From the NCBI GenBank assembly GCA_049303335.1, contig JBAQNA010000004.1, positions 1 to 54,558 of the forward strand: DNA of 54,558 nucleotides. Reading direction: 5' to 3'. The stretch is from Candidatus Aenigmatarchaeota archaeon (lineage in GTDB: Archaea; Aenigmatarchaeota; Aenigmatarchaeia; Aenigmatarchaeales; DAIDAN01). The notes under the pieces are model-generated. The model had not been told where the DNA came from and ran no database searches. It saw nothing but the letters and a program-made list of their open reading frames with translations. Of the stretch, positions 27,344 to 36,497 are shown in pieces. Position numbers and translations under genes: made by a program. Within the stretch, counting starts at the first letter, position 1. Each line of letters opens with the position of its first letter.

Positions 27344-29421
27344 TGCAAGCCGTGATTCTAGCCGCCGGTTTGGGAGAGCGGATGCGGCCGCTCACGGATA
27401 AAATGCCAAAACCGCTCATACCGGTGAATGGAAAGCCTTTTCTTTTTTATTTGATGAAAAATCTGCAGAAAGCCGACTTCAATGACTTTGTTATTGTCGC
27501 AAACTACAAGATAGAAATGATAAGAGAATTCCTGAAGCAATACGAATTTAGCGCAACCGTAGTCGACCAGAAGGAGCCGCTCGGAACCGCGCACGCGATT
27601 GCTTCCGCGGAAAGCCTGATTAAGGGAAATTTTGTTGTTGTCATGTCTGACAGCCTTTATTCTCCTGAAGACTTGAGGAAATTCAGAATAAATGACGGCA
27701 TAAATTATGTCGGTGGACACGTTCACAAGAATCCTGAGAAGTATGGAAACCTTCTGATAAACGGGGATTTTCTTGAAAGGATTGTTGAAAAGCCTGCGCA
27801 AAAGGTGAGCGATTTCGTAAACACGGGGCTTTACAAATTCACTCCTGATATATTTTCCGCAATAAGAAAAATAGGAAAGTCGGAAAGAGGCGAATATACG
27901 ATAACAGATGCGATATCCCTGCTTTGCAGGGAAAGAAATGTAAAGGCCATAGGGCTGAAAAATTATTGGTTTAATATGGGAAAGCCCGAAGACATTCCCG
28001 TTATCGAGGAATTTCTAAAAAGCCAGAGCGGAATTCCTGAAAAAACAGGGATAGACAAAAACATTTTCAGGGCTTATGATATTAGGGGAATATATGGAAA
28101 AAATCTGACGGAAAACATAATGGAAAGAATAGGGTTTGGAGTGGGGAAGGATAATCCAGGAAAAGATTTTCTGGTTGGAAACGACATCAGGGAGTCCGGG
28201 AAGGAGCTTGCATATGCGCTCATCAAAGGGCTCGATGCGGCGGGCGCGGATGTTTCATATTCCGGAACAACATCATTCGGCCAGACGCTGTTTGCGGGCT
28301 GGCGCCTGAAGAAATACGCCACGCTGTTTGTGACAGCTTCCCATTTGCCGCCAGAATGGAACGGGCTGAAGCTTTACTACGGGGACGGCGAGCCTTTCTC
28401 GGAAGGGCAGATAATGGGAATAAGGGACATGGTTGCTGAAAATAATGAGAAAACAGGATATAAAACAAAAAACGATTTTAAAGAGATTGACATAACGGAA
28501 GATTATTCCCTTTTCATAATCGATAAGTTCTCGAAGCTAAAGGGTAACGGGCTGAAAGTCGTCCTGGACTGCGGGAACGGGAGCATGTGCTTGGCAGCCC
28601 CAGAGATTTTCAGGAGTCTGGATTTTGATGTTGTCGATATGTATTGTAATGTTGACTCAAACTTCCCAAACAGGGAAAGCGAACTGACAGTCAAGAGCAC
28701 GGAAGCCTTGAGAAAAAAGGTTGTTGAAGAAAAAGCCGATTTCGGGGTTGCGTTTGACGGAGACGGCGATAGGTGCATCATAATAGACGATGAAGGAAGG
28801 TTTCTCACGGGAAACGAGATTGGAATAATAATCGGCAGGGATATTTTTGGAAAGACAAAAGGACATGGAAGAAAAGCCGTTATAACAGTAGCCTGTTCAA
28901 GAGGTGTGAAAAAGGAGTTGAAAGATCTCGGCGCGGATATCGTGGAAACTCCCGTCGGCCACACTCATGTAATATCAAACTGCAAAAAACATAATGCGCT
29001 TTTTGGAATTGAAGAGAGCGGACATATTGTCATGCCGCAGTATTTCTGGTTTGATGACGCAATCCTGATTCCGCTTAAGATAGCGGAGATAATCTTTGAA
29101 AGAGGCAGGAAACTTTCTCAGGCAGCAAACGATATCAAGACATGCCCTTTTGACGAAGTTGTTTTCCCGTGCGATGACAATCTGAAGTTCGGGGTTATGA
29201 AGAATCTGAAAGAAAAACTGAGGAAGAAATACAAGAATGCAATCATGATTGACGGCATCAAGCTGGAATTTGATGATTCATGGATATTGATAAGGGTTTC
29301 AAACACATCACCCAAAATAAGGTTGTACGTCGAGGCGGAGAACGGAAGAATGCTCAAGAAGCTGAAAGACGAATTCTCCGGCATATTGGCGGAAGAAATA
29401 GACAGGTGCAATAACGCTTAA
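27343..29421 (+). CDS. fusion protein: sugar-1-phosphate nucleotidyltransferase (GlmU N-terminal-like) + phosphoglucosamine/phosphohexose mutase (GlmM/PMM-like)
   Basis: N-terminus AVILAAGLGERMRPLTDKMPKPLIPV. The mutase part has active-site loop TASHLPPEWNGLK, metal loop FDGDGDRC and sugar loop GIEESGH. TGATG stop/start overlap with the upstream gene. Confidence 0.85.
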   Translation: MQAVILAAGLGERMRPLTDKMPKPLIPVNGKPFLFYLMKNLQKADFNDFVIVANYKIEMIREFLKQYEFSATVVDQKEPLGTAHAIASAESLIKGNFVVVMSDSLYSPEDLRKFRINDGINYVGGHVHKNPEKYGNLLINGDFLERIVEKPAQKVSDFVNTGLYKFTPDIFSAIRKIGKSERGEYTITDAISLLCRERNVKAIGLKNYWFNMGKPEDIPVIEEFLKSQSGIPEKTGIDKNIFRAYDIRGIYGKNLTENIMERIGFGVGKDNPGKDFLVGNDIRESGKELAYALIKGLDAAGADVSYSGTTSFGQTLFAGWRLKKYATLFVTASHLPPEWNGLKLYYGDGEPFSEGQIMGIRDMVAENNEKTGYKTKNDFKEIDITEDYSLFIIDKFSKLKGNGLKVVLDCGNGSMCLAAPEIFRSLDFDVVDMYCNVDSNFPNRESELTVKSTEALRKKVVEEKADFGVAFDGDGDRCIIIDDEGRFLTGNEIGIIIGRDIFGKTKGHGRKAVITVACSRGVKKELKDLGADIVETPVGHTHVISNCKKHNALFGIEESGHIVMPQYFWFDDAILIPLKIAEIIFERGRKLSQAANDIKTCPFDEVVFPCDDNLKFGVMKNLKEKLRKKYKNAIMIDGIKLEFDDSWILIRVSNTSPKIRLYVEAENGRMLKKLKDEFSGILAEEIDRCNNA

Positions 29422-29669
29422 TCGTAAATCTCCACAGCCCTCGCGAGCGACTCCGGAGGCAGCGGAATCCTGAACTTCGCCTTTATCGCTCCTGACGAGC
29501 CGTGCAGCCCCGTAACCTTGCCGTAATGCTTCACTTTCTTTCCGTTCTTCCACATCACTTTTTTCCCGACGAGCTTCGCTGCCTGCTTCTTGTCCAGAAT
29601 CTCGGGAATCCTGATTATGGCTTCCTTCGTGTACGGAATCCTGTAATTTATTATCACGCCCACAAGCAT
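29418..29669 (-). CDS. rpl35ae: ribosomal protein L35Ae (eL33)
   Basis: 83 aa. GKVTGLHGSSGAIKAKFRIPLPPESLARAVEIY matches the L35Ae C-terminal signature. Confidence 0.85.
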   Translation of the reverse strand: MLVGVIINYRIPYTKEAIIRIPEILDKKQAAKLVGKKVMWKNGKKVKHYGKVTGLHGSSGAIKAKFRIPLPPESLARAVEIYD

Positions 29670-29790
29670 TATTCAGCACCCTTGATGTTTCGTATAAAAA
29701 TATGGAAAAGAGCAAATTTAATGTTATCGGTGGCGCGGCAGGGAATCCGCAAAAATACCCCGCAAAACAAACCGCCTTGTCGGCAATCTA

Positions 29791-29798
29791 TTTAAAAG
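29791..29798 (+). promoter_or_regulatory. TATA box for the tRNA-Asp gene
   Basis: tttaaaag is centred about 28 nt upstream of the tRNA 5' end (29823). Confidence 0.55.
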
Positions 29799-29822
29799 TA
29801 TAATTCCACATCTTAATATGAT

Positions 29823-30009
29823 GCTCGGGTAGTATAGTGGTCCAGTAACCGGCGCATGCGAAGTATGCGTCCAGCTGGTTTAGCGGCCTGTCGAGTCGCT
29901 GACTCGGGAAAGCCCTTTTCTTTTGGCGCGAACTTGAAAAAGAAAAGCGCTTGCGGAAAAGAAAACAAAGAAAAAGGCGTCGAGAATTCAAATCCCGGCC
30001 CGGGCGCCA
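29823..30009 (+). tRNA. tRNA-Asp (anticodon GTC at 29890-29892) with two non-canonical introns and encoded CCA
   Basis: Exons are 29823-29847, 29881-29908 and 29987-30009. They assemble into a 76-nt cloverleaf. The acceptor stem is GCTCGGG/CCCGGGC. The anticodon arm is GCGGC-CTGTCGA-GTCGC. The T-arm is TCGGG-TTCAAAT-CCCGG, followed by discriminator G and CCA. Introns are 29848-29880 (33 nt) and 29909-29986 (78 nt). Each is flanked by a 4-bp helix with 3-nt bulges. Confidence 0.8.
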
Positions 30010-30032
30010 ATAATCCGAAAAAATGAGAGATT

Positions 30033-30446
30033 ATGACGGACGAAGATGACGATGGCGACATAAAAATAATGCGCGCGCGAGACTTTCTGAAAGAATACAA
30101 GGAAAAGTACGGCTGCATAAAATTCGGTTATGTTCTCGGAAATAACGGCTCGAAAAGATTTTTCGAAGACGGAGTTTCTCCCTGCGAAATAATGCGCAAA
30201 GGCGGGAAAATAGCCTACATCGGCGGCGGCAACGGCGTTCCCGTCAAGGCAGCGCTCGTGCTGGACAAAAACAAGAACCCTTTCTGGTATTTTGAGGCAA
30301 GATCATACGGCGGCGCCGGAATATTCTTCACCGCGGACGGCGACGGAAGCGTTGCCATGGAAGGCGACAAATATCTGGGAAGGCTGCGCGCATTTCTCGA
30401 AAAGAAAAAGATCTGGAAGGCAAAAAGCGGCGGGAAGCGCGATTGA
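30033..30446 (+). CDS. hypothetical protein
   Basis: 137-aa ORF with backbone composition. No family recognised. Confidence 0.45.
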   Translation: MTDEDDDGDIKIMRARDFLKEYKEKYGCIKFGYVLGNNGSKRFFEDGVSPCEIMRKGGKIAYIGGGNGVPVKAALVLDKNKNPFWYFEARSYGGAGIFFTADGDGSVAMEGDKYLGRLRAFLEKKKIWKAKSGGKRD

Positions 30447-30481
30447 GCAGATGATTGGATAATATGTCGCGTAAATATTTC

Positions 30482-32131
30482 TTACTTCATTTGCCGGAGC
30501 CTTTTCGCAACCTCTTCCTGGCCGATTGCAAGCACGAACGAAGACAGCCTTGGCCCCGCGGGCTTTCCGAGCAGTGTAAGATATACTGCCGAAAAAAACT
30601 CCTTGCTGGTTATCCCGCTCTTTTTGGCTGCATCAAAAAAGATATTGTGCAACTCATCCTCTGAAAGGTCTTTTTTCTGGAGTTCTTTTGCCAAAAGTCC
30701 CAGTGATTGCCTTTGTCCGTCGCTCATTTTTTTCACGGCCTCTTCGGGAGCCTTGTCCAGAACCCTTATCTTGTATTCTTCCGCCGCATAATTCTCTGCC
30801 CAGTATTTTGAAAGCTTCAGCCTTGCGCCAATCCTTTTTTCATCCTCGTCCGAGAGCTCTCCCTTGACGTGACCGGATGACCTGAGCAATCCTATGGCCT
30901 TTTCCAGCATTTTTTCCGCGGGGACAATCTGGGCAACCATCGAGGCGTAAGCGTAAGGAATTCGCAAAGGCTGTTTGTCCGAAACTTTTATCACGGAAAG
31001 TTTGTATGCAGCCTTTATATTTTCCATATCCTTCTCATCCTTGACCGGGTTAAAATATTTTTTCTCAAGCTCGTCGAACTCGTCCGCCATCAATTGGATG
31101 TTCTTCAGCGACAAGTCCCGCTGTTTTCCCGGCCTTTTCGTGTAGAAATACGCCAGCACTTCGGGCTCGATTATTTTCAGCATATCCTGGACTATGAAAA
31201 CGTTCCCGACAGAGGCCGACATTTTCTGGCCGTCAACCAGAAAGAACTCGTACACGTAAGGTATGGGCGGCTCTATTCCGTAAATTTTTCTCGCGATAAT
31301 CTGCCCGGATTTCCACGAGCCCTCGTAGTGGTCTTTCCCGAACGGCTCGAAAGTAGCCTGCTCTATTCCCCACTGCGCGGGCCATTCGAAACGCCACTGC
31401 AGCTTTCCTTCCCTTATTGAAACGTCGCCCTCAAACCCGCAGCCTTCCGTGTGCTTTTTCTTTATCGCCTTTCCGCCGCACGTGAAATGCACTGTCCTTT
31501 TTTCCAGGTCAAAGGAGGAAATGTTCGAGAGCATTCCGCATTTCGGGCAGATGGCGTCAAACGGTATATATTTTTCACCCTTCGTTTCCTGGAACGTTGA
31601 AATGATTTTTCCGACCTCTTCTATATTTTCAAAGACCTTGATTATGTAAGGGTCGAACTTTCCCTCCTTGTAGTACCGGTCTTCAGAGACTATTTCGGGA
31701 AACATCCCGAGCGCGTTCAACCCCTTCTCCCAGACTTTCGTGAAATGCTCGCTCCAGCTTCCGCAGCAGCCGAATGGGTCGGGCACCCTGCACAGCGGCC
31801 TGCCGAGAAAATTTTTCATTTCCGGGAATTTTTCGGAATCGTGCCAGTTGCCGTCAAGGTCTGCGAGCCTTTTCGGCACGTCTTTCAGCGGGTCCCTGTC
31901 ATCGGAAGAATGGCTGAATCTCGCGCCGCACCCCTTTTCATTGACAAGCTTGTATACAAAATATGCGCGTATCACGTCGTTCAAATTTCCGATATGCTTC
32001 CCTCCCGAAGGAGTCTGCCCGCATTTTATCACGGCAGTCTTCCCTTCCCTTTTCGCGCGCTCGATAACCTGCCTCGCAAGCTGCTCGGCCCAAAACATTG
32101 ATTCCTTTTCAGCGTTGTTTTGCATAAACAT
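30482..32131 (-). CDS. lysK: class I lysyl-tRNA synthetase
   Basis: HIGH-type motif GGKHIGNLND, KMSKS-type motif KMSASVGN, and the class-I LysRS Cys-rich insertion (CPKCG...). Confidence 0.9.
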   Translation of the reverse strand: MFMQNNAEKESMFWAEQLARQVIERAKREGKTAVIKCGQTPSGGKHIGNLNDVIRAYFVYKLVNEKGCGARFSHSSDDRDPLKDVPKRLADLDGNWHDSEKFPEMKNFLGRPLCRVPDPFGCCGSWSEHFTKVWEKGLNALGMFPEIVSEDRYYKEGKFDPYIIKVFENIEEVGKIISTFQETKGEKYIPFDAICPKCGMLSNISSFDLEKRTVHFTCGGKAIKKKHTEGCGFEGDVSIREGKLQWRFEWPAQWGIEQATFEPFGKDHYEGSWKSGQIIARKIYGIEPPIPYVYEFFLVDGQKMSASVGNVFIVQDMLKIIEPEVLAYFYTKRPGKQRDLSLKNIQLMADEFDELEKKYFNPVKDEKDMENIKAAYKLSVIKVSDKQPLRIPYAYASMVAQIVPAEKMLEKAIGLLRSSGHVKGELSDEDEKRIGARLKLSKYWAENYAAEEYKIRVLDKAPEEAVKKMSDGQRQSLGLLAKELQKKDLSEDELHNIFFDAAKKSGITSKEFFSAVYLTLLGKPAGPRLSSFVLAIGQEEVAKRLRQMK

Positions 32132-32193
32132 CCGTTAGAAAATCTGTTTTCAAGAAATATATATTCGCGCCGGGAACCGGTTTGCCTGCGCAT

Positions 32194-33051
32194 TTACAGC
32201 ATTTTTATCAGGAAACCTATTCCGAAAGTTATCGCCGTTATTCCGAGGCTTATCAGCGCCATCTCGAAAAATCTTTTCCTGAATGAAAATCCCTTGGCAA
32301 CGGAGATGTAGAACGTGAAGAAGAAAATCACGATTATCGCGTTCAGGATTGTGATTCCGAGCGACAGGTACAAGTCGTTCAAAAGCAGGTATGGGGATAT
32401 CAGAAACAGGACGGTGAGAATGTAGGCCGCGCCCGTGTAAGACGACGCCTTTATGAAATCCTTCCTGCCTTCGGCGCGAACGGACAAGTATTCTGCGGCA
32501 GCCATCGACATTGCCGCGGCGATTCCTGTAATCAGTCCCGCCATGGCAATCAGGCGCGCGTTCTGGAACGCAAGCGTGAATCCCGCGAGCGCGCCCGTCA
32601 GTTCCACAAGCGCGTCGTTCAGGCCAAGCACGATAGCGCTCGCATATCTCAAGCGCTCCTCGTCTATCATCCCGATAAGCAGCTTTTCGTGCCTGTCCTC
32701 GTCCTTCAGGATTCTTTTGGCTTCCGGCACACCAGAAAGCTTTTCGTAACTTTTTTGCGCGCGCCTCTCCCCGTTCTCCATGAGCTTTATCCCGAAAGTT
32801 ATCCCGAATATGATTGAAATCAGGAAGTATTTCCAAACCTTCAGGATGTCAGGCTTCGCATCCCGATTGGTATATTTTTTCCAAAGATTGTAGTGTCTCA
32901 ACTCGTCATCGGAAATGTTTTTGAGAATCTTTATGTTTTTCGCATCCTTTACGGAGCCGGCCAGCTTCGCATAAATAAGATGCTCGGTTATCTCGTTCTT
33001 CTGCGCCTTCAACAGCATTCTCATTGTCCGCCCGTCCGGAACTTTGGCCAT
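32194..33051 (-). CDS. VIT1/CCC1-family iron/manganese transporter with N-terminal ferritin-like (rubrerythrin-type) domain
   Basis: EITEHLIYAKLA...DELRHYNLW (ER-like metal motifs), then LGLNDALVELTGALAG and hydrophobic C-terminal helices. Confidence 0.8.
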   Translation of the reverse strand: MAKVPDGRTMRMLLKAQKNEITEHLIYAKLAGSVKDAKNIKILKNISDDELRHYNLWKKYTNRDAKPDILKVWKYFLISIIFGITFGIKLMENGERRAQKSYEKLSGVPEAKRILKDEDRHEKLLIGMIDEERLRYASAIVLGLNDALVELTGALAGFTLAFQNARLIAMAGLITGIAAAMSMAAAEYLSVRAEGRKDFIKASSYTGAAYILTVLFLISPYLLLNDLYLSLGITILNAIIVIFFFTFYISVAKGFSFRKRFFEMALISLGITAITFGIGFLIKML

Positions 33052-33137
33052 AAATAAAAATGCAACTGCGCGCCTATAAACGTTGCTTTGTCGTTTTCCG
33101 CATTTGAATATTTATTCGCAGCTTTCTCATAAATCAT

Positions 33138-33980
33138 ATGAAGCGCAAGATTGACCTGCATACGCACACCAACCGCTCCGACGGATCGCTGTCCCCGAAA
33201 GAGCTGGTTATGCTGGCAAAGGAAAAAGGGTTGGAAGCAATAGCAGTCACGGACCACGACACTGTCTCCGCGCTAAAGGAATGTATCTCGTGCGGCAGCG
33301 GCCTTGGCGTTGATGTCATTCCCGGCGTGGAAGTAGGGATAAAAAACGAGGAGAAAAGAAAGCTGGCGGAGATTCATATTCTCGGATATTTCATCGATTG
33401 CAAGAACAAGAAACTTCTCTCAATTTTGGAAAAACTAAACGAAGCAAAAAGAGTATGGCTTACCAAGCATATAAAAAAGCTAAACGAAATCGGGCTGGAA
33501 GTCAGCGCAGAAGAGGTAAAAATCATGGCAGGTTTGGCTGTGCCGAGCAGACCGCACGTATGGAAAGTTGTGGAGAAGCACAATGGAAATAAAATATCCA
33601 GAGACGATTTTTTCAGCAGGACAAAAGCGGGAGGCGACCTTTTTGTCAGGAAGGATTTCGAGCTTCCGCTGGAGGATTGCATAAAGATTATACATGAAGC
33701 CGGCGGGCTCGCGGTTTTTGCGCACCCCGGCTTTCACGACTTTGAGAATGTTGTCAAGGCGTGCGCTGGCGCGGGAATAGACGGGCTGGAAGTTGAATAC
33801 TGTTACGGGTTCGGAAAGGAAGAAGACGCGAAAGTTGTCAGGCGCATAAACGAGTTGGCTAATAAACACAAGCTGCTAAAAACCGGCGGCTCCGACTTCC
33901 ACGACAAAAACCACGGCGCGGACTTGGGAAGCGTTTCCGTGCCGTACGAATGGCTGGAGAAGATGAAAAAGAAACTGTGA
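33138..33980 (+). CDS. PHP-domain metal-dependent phosphoesterase (TrpH/YciV-like)
   Basis: IDLHTHTNRSDGS, AVTDHDT, FAHPG and GGSDFH motifs. Confidence 0.85.
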   Translation: MKRKIDLHTHTNRSDGSLSPKELVMLAKEKGLEAIAVTDHDTVSALKECISCGSGLGVDVIPGVEVGIKNEEKRKLAEIHILGYFIDCKNKKLLSILEKLNEAKRVWLTKHIKKLNEIGLEVSAEEVKIMAGLAVPSRPHVWKVVEKHNGNKISRDDFFSRTKAGGDLFVRKDFELPLEDCIKIIHEAGGLAVFAHPGFHDFENVVKACAGAGIDGLEVEYCYGFGKEEDAKVVRRINELANKHKLLKTGGSDFHDKNHGADLGSVSVPYEWLEKMKKKL

Positions 33981-34057
33981 TGAAAAGAAGAAATAACTGA
34001 TAAAAATTTATGTATATAATTTGAATAAACTACAAGTTATAATATCTAACTATAAAT

Positions 34058-34807
34058 TTATTGTTGTGGTTTTAATATTTTTCTTAATTCATATAAGTTC
34101 TTAAATAGTTTTGATATATATTTAACTTCAATACGTAGAAATTCTCTGAGACCATCTAATTTCTTTCCAGAATTAGCTAAAGTTTTAGCGAAGTTTGAAC
34201 GTCCTCTAAGTTCTTCTCTCACTAAAATTATATGTTTCAAAATTTCAGGCGGAATGTTATGTGGATAATCGACTAATAATTTATTAATTTCTTTATAAAA
34301 ATCGTCTAGAACGTTACTGAATATTCTAAATTTTTCATGATTCCATGTTTTTATACTTTCTAGAAAAACGCTTTCTGATTCTTCACTCAATTCTTTTAGT
34401 ACTTTTTCATATTTACCTAAAGATTCATTAAAGAAGTTTGGGTTAAAATATTCAATTCCGAGTCTTTTTATTTTAGGTTGTTGATTAAATTTAATTTCAA
34501 TATTTAAAATTTCAATTAATTCTTCGATAAATACGTATATCTTTGAAAAAAGAAAATTATACACATATGTGTTTATAGTCATCCACCTTTCATTATCTCT
34601 TATAATTAAGATTTTTTGGACAACCAATATAGTGAAAATACTTCCGAAAGATTGTATTATTAATCCAGCGATTAATGTTTCGGTTTTAATATATCCCAAA
34701 TAATTAGCTAAAAAGAAAAATATAAAGGATAATAGTAGAACGCAAAAAATTAACGTATAAAAACCAAAATGTATTTGATTTATCTTCTTCATTATGCTGT
34801 TTATCAT
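34058..34807 (-). CDS. hypothetical membrane protein (2-3 N-terminal TM helices + helical soluble domain), AT-rich ORFan
   Basis: Start is moved to the ATG at 34807 (MINSIMKK...). The track start 34882 would overlap the pheT 3' end in GC-rich sequence. Confidence 0.45.
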   Translation of the reverse strand: MINSIMKKINQIHFGFYTLIFCVLLLSFIFFFLANYLGYIKTETLIAGLIIQSFGSIFTILVVQKILIIRDNERWMTINTYVYNFLFSKIYVFIEELIEILNIEIKFNQQPKIKRLGIEYFNPNFFNESLGKYEKVLKELSEESESVFLESIKTWNHEKFRIFSNVLDDFYKEINKLLVDYPHNIPPEILKHIILVREELRGRSNFAKTLANSGKKLDGLREFLRIEVKYISKLFKNLYELRKILKPQQ

Positions 34808-34808
34808 A

Positions 34809-36497
34809 TCATTCTCTCTTTTTATTGTATTTCCCGACCAGCCAGTCAATCCCGCACTCGAAGCCGGCGGCGGGCATCTCAAGCTTGAAGTTCGCCAGCA
34901 CCTGCGGGTGGATTTCGCCCATTATCCCGATTTGCTTTCCGTCTGCAAGGACCGCGGCGCACCTGCCGCTGATGAAAGAATTGTGCTTCGCCTCCCTGAA
35001 CGAGACCTTCTCGCCGATGCTTGAGAACAGCGCCTCAATCAGCGATTTCATTTCCGTGAACTCCGCGCGGCCGTGGCACGAAACGATGGAAAGGCTGTTC
35101 CTCTCAACGGGCTCGCCTTTTTCCTCGTCGTAAATCTCGCCCATCTCAAACAGCTTTTGCGGATACTCGTTGTGCGTGTTCTCGGACAGCGTCTTGAGAA
35201 GCATTGGCAAAAGCGAGTTCCTCACGATGTCATACTCTATATTTACGGCATTGATGGTTTTCACAAAATTCTTGTTCTTTAGAAGCATGTTGTCGTTCAG
35301 TATTCTTTCGTTCGAAAGGTGGAGCGTGCAGCACTCAAGCAGGCCGAGCCCGGAGCAAACTTCCGCAATCTTCCTGAAAACCAGGGACCTTGGCGCCTCC
35401 TCCCCTATAGTGCTCACGCGCGGAATCTCGTGTTTGAAATTCTCGTAGCCGTAGGCGATTGCAATGTCCTCGACAAGGTCGAACGGGTGCAGCACGTCAG
35501 TCCTGTATGCGGGAACCTCGACTTCTATCCTGTCTTTCTTGGCGACGGCGCCGTATCTCATCCTTTCCAAAAGCTTCGCGGCTTCCGCCGCCTTCAGGTT
35601 CAGGCCGAGAAGCTTGTTCGCATAATTGACATCAAGCTCCATCTTCGCGGTTTTCAGAATCGGGCAGACAACATTTTTGCCTTCCGGAGTTTCAAAAGGA
35701 TATTTTATTTTCGCCTCGTACAATTCCGCGCCGCGGCCGCTCCAGTTCGTGACAAGTATGTTCATTATTTGCTGGACTGCGCGCCAGTCGGTTCCGGTAA
35801 CTTCAATCATCACGTCCTTCGTCTTTTCCGTGACCTTCGTGAAGTCAGCCTGCGTTATCGGGATGACGCAAAGTATCTTCCCGTCAGCGTCCTTGTACGC
35901 GGGGAAATCTTTCCAGCCTTCTATCAGGTGCGAATACTCTTTCCCGCGTTTGTGCTCTTCCGCAAGTTCGCTTACCTTTATCTCCCTGTCATGCCCCATC
36001 GGGATGAACTTCTCGTTTTCGCCAACCATCGTGTAAGCCAGCGGGAATTTTATTTTGTCCAAATCGTAAACGCCCATCGCGACTTTCTTTCTTCTCCTTC
36101 CCTGCGTGGTCGCGAGCTTGTCCTGCAGCTGCATCGACGAGATTATGAATTCGTTGTCAAACTTCAAACCTTTCATCACGGCGATTCCGATATATTTCCT
36201 GTCAATCTTTGCGATTCTCGCGTCAACGGTCACGGCGTAATCCGATTTCTTGACCGCGAATTTTTCAAGCCCCGTCTTTACCCCGAGGAATCCGGAAATC
36301 GCGCGCGCGAACCCCTCTTCGGAAAGCATGTCGGGCCTGTTCGGGAATATCTCGACGTTTATCTTGTCCTCGGTTATACCCTCAAGAAAGAGCCCGTGCA
36401 TCGGCAGCCGCTCCGCAAGCTCGCTGTCGCCGAGTTTCTTCCCAATCATCTTCAGCACTGTTTCTTTGTCTAATGATACTGACGGCATAAAAATCAC
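34809..36497 (-). CDS. pheT: phenylalanyl-tRNA synthetase beta subunit (archaeal type)
   Basis: 562 aa with B3/B4 and B5 regions typical of archaeal PheT. It overlaps the upstream SDR gene by 4 nt. Confidence 0.9.
   Translation of the reverse strand: MIFMPSVSLDKETVLKMIGKKLGDSELAERLPMHGLFLEGITEDKINVEIFPNRPDMLSEEGFARAISGFLGVKTGLEKFAVKKSDYAVTVDARIAKIDRKYIGIAVMKGLKFDNEFIISSMQLQDKLATTQGRRRKKVAMGVYDLDKIKFPLAYTMVGENEKFIPMGHDREIKVSELAEEHKRGKEYSHLIEGWKDFPAYKDADGKILCVIPITQADFTKVTEKTKDVMIEVTGTDWRAVQQIMNILVTNWSGRGAELYEAKIKYPFETPEGKNVVCPILKTAKMELDVNYANKLLGLNLKAAEAAKLLERMRYGAVAKKDRIEVEVPAYRTDVLHPFDLVEDIAIAYGYENFKHEIPRVSTIGEEAPRSLVFRKIAEVCSGLGLLECCTLHLSNERILNDNMLLKNKNFVKTINAVNIEYDIVRNSLLPMLLKTLSENTHNEYPQKLFEMGEIYDEEKGEPVERNSLSIVSCHGRAEFTEMKSLIEALFSSIGEKVSFREAKHNSFISGRCAAVLADGKQIGIMGEIHPQVLANFKLEMPAAGFECGIDWLVGKYNKKRE

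Noticed and set aside
29788-30118. Minus-strand ORFs 29788-29991 and 29813-30118
   Set aside because: They lie over the intron-containing tRNA-Asp gene and its promoter. The tRNA interpretation explains the region.
32150-32836. 228-aa minus-strand ORF in an alternative frame of the VIT1 gene
   Set aside because: It overlaps the VIT1/ferritin-like ORF on the same strand, and that ORF has clear family motifs. The alternative frame is Arg/Gly-rich.
35319-36473. 384-aa plus-strand ORF, plus other plus-strand ORFs inside pheT, pheS, SDR and pheA (35073-39748)
   Set aside because: They are antisense to well-supported aaRS and biosynthetic genes. The sequences are Arg/Leu/Phe-rich and typical of shadow frames.
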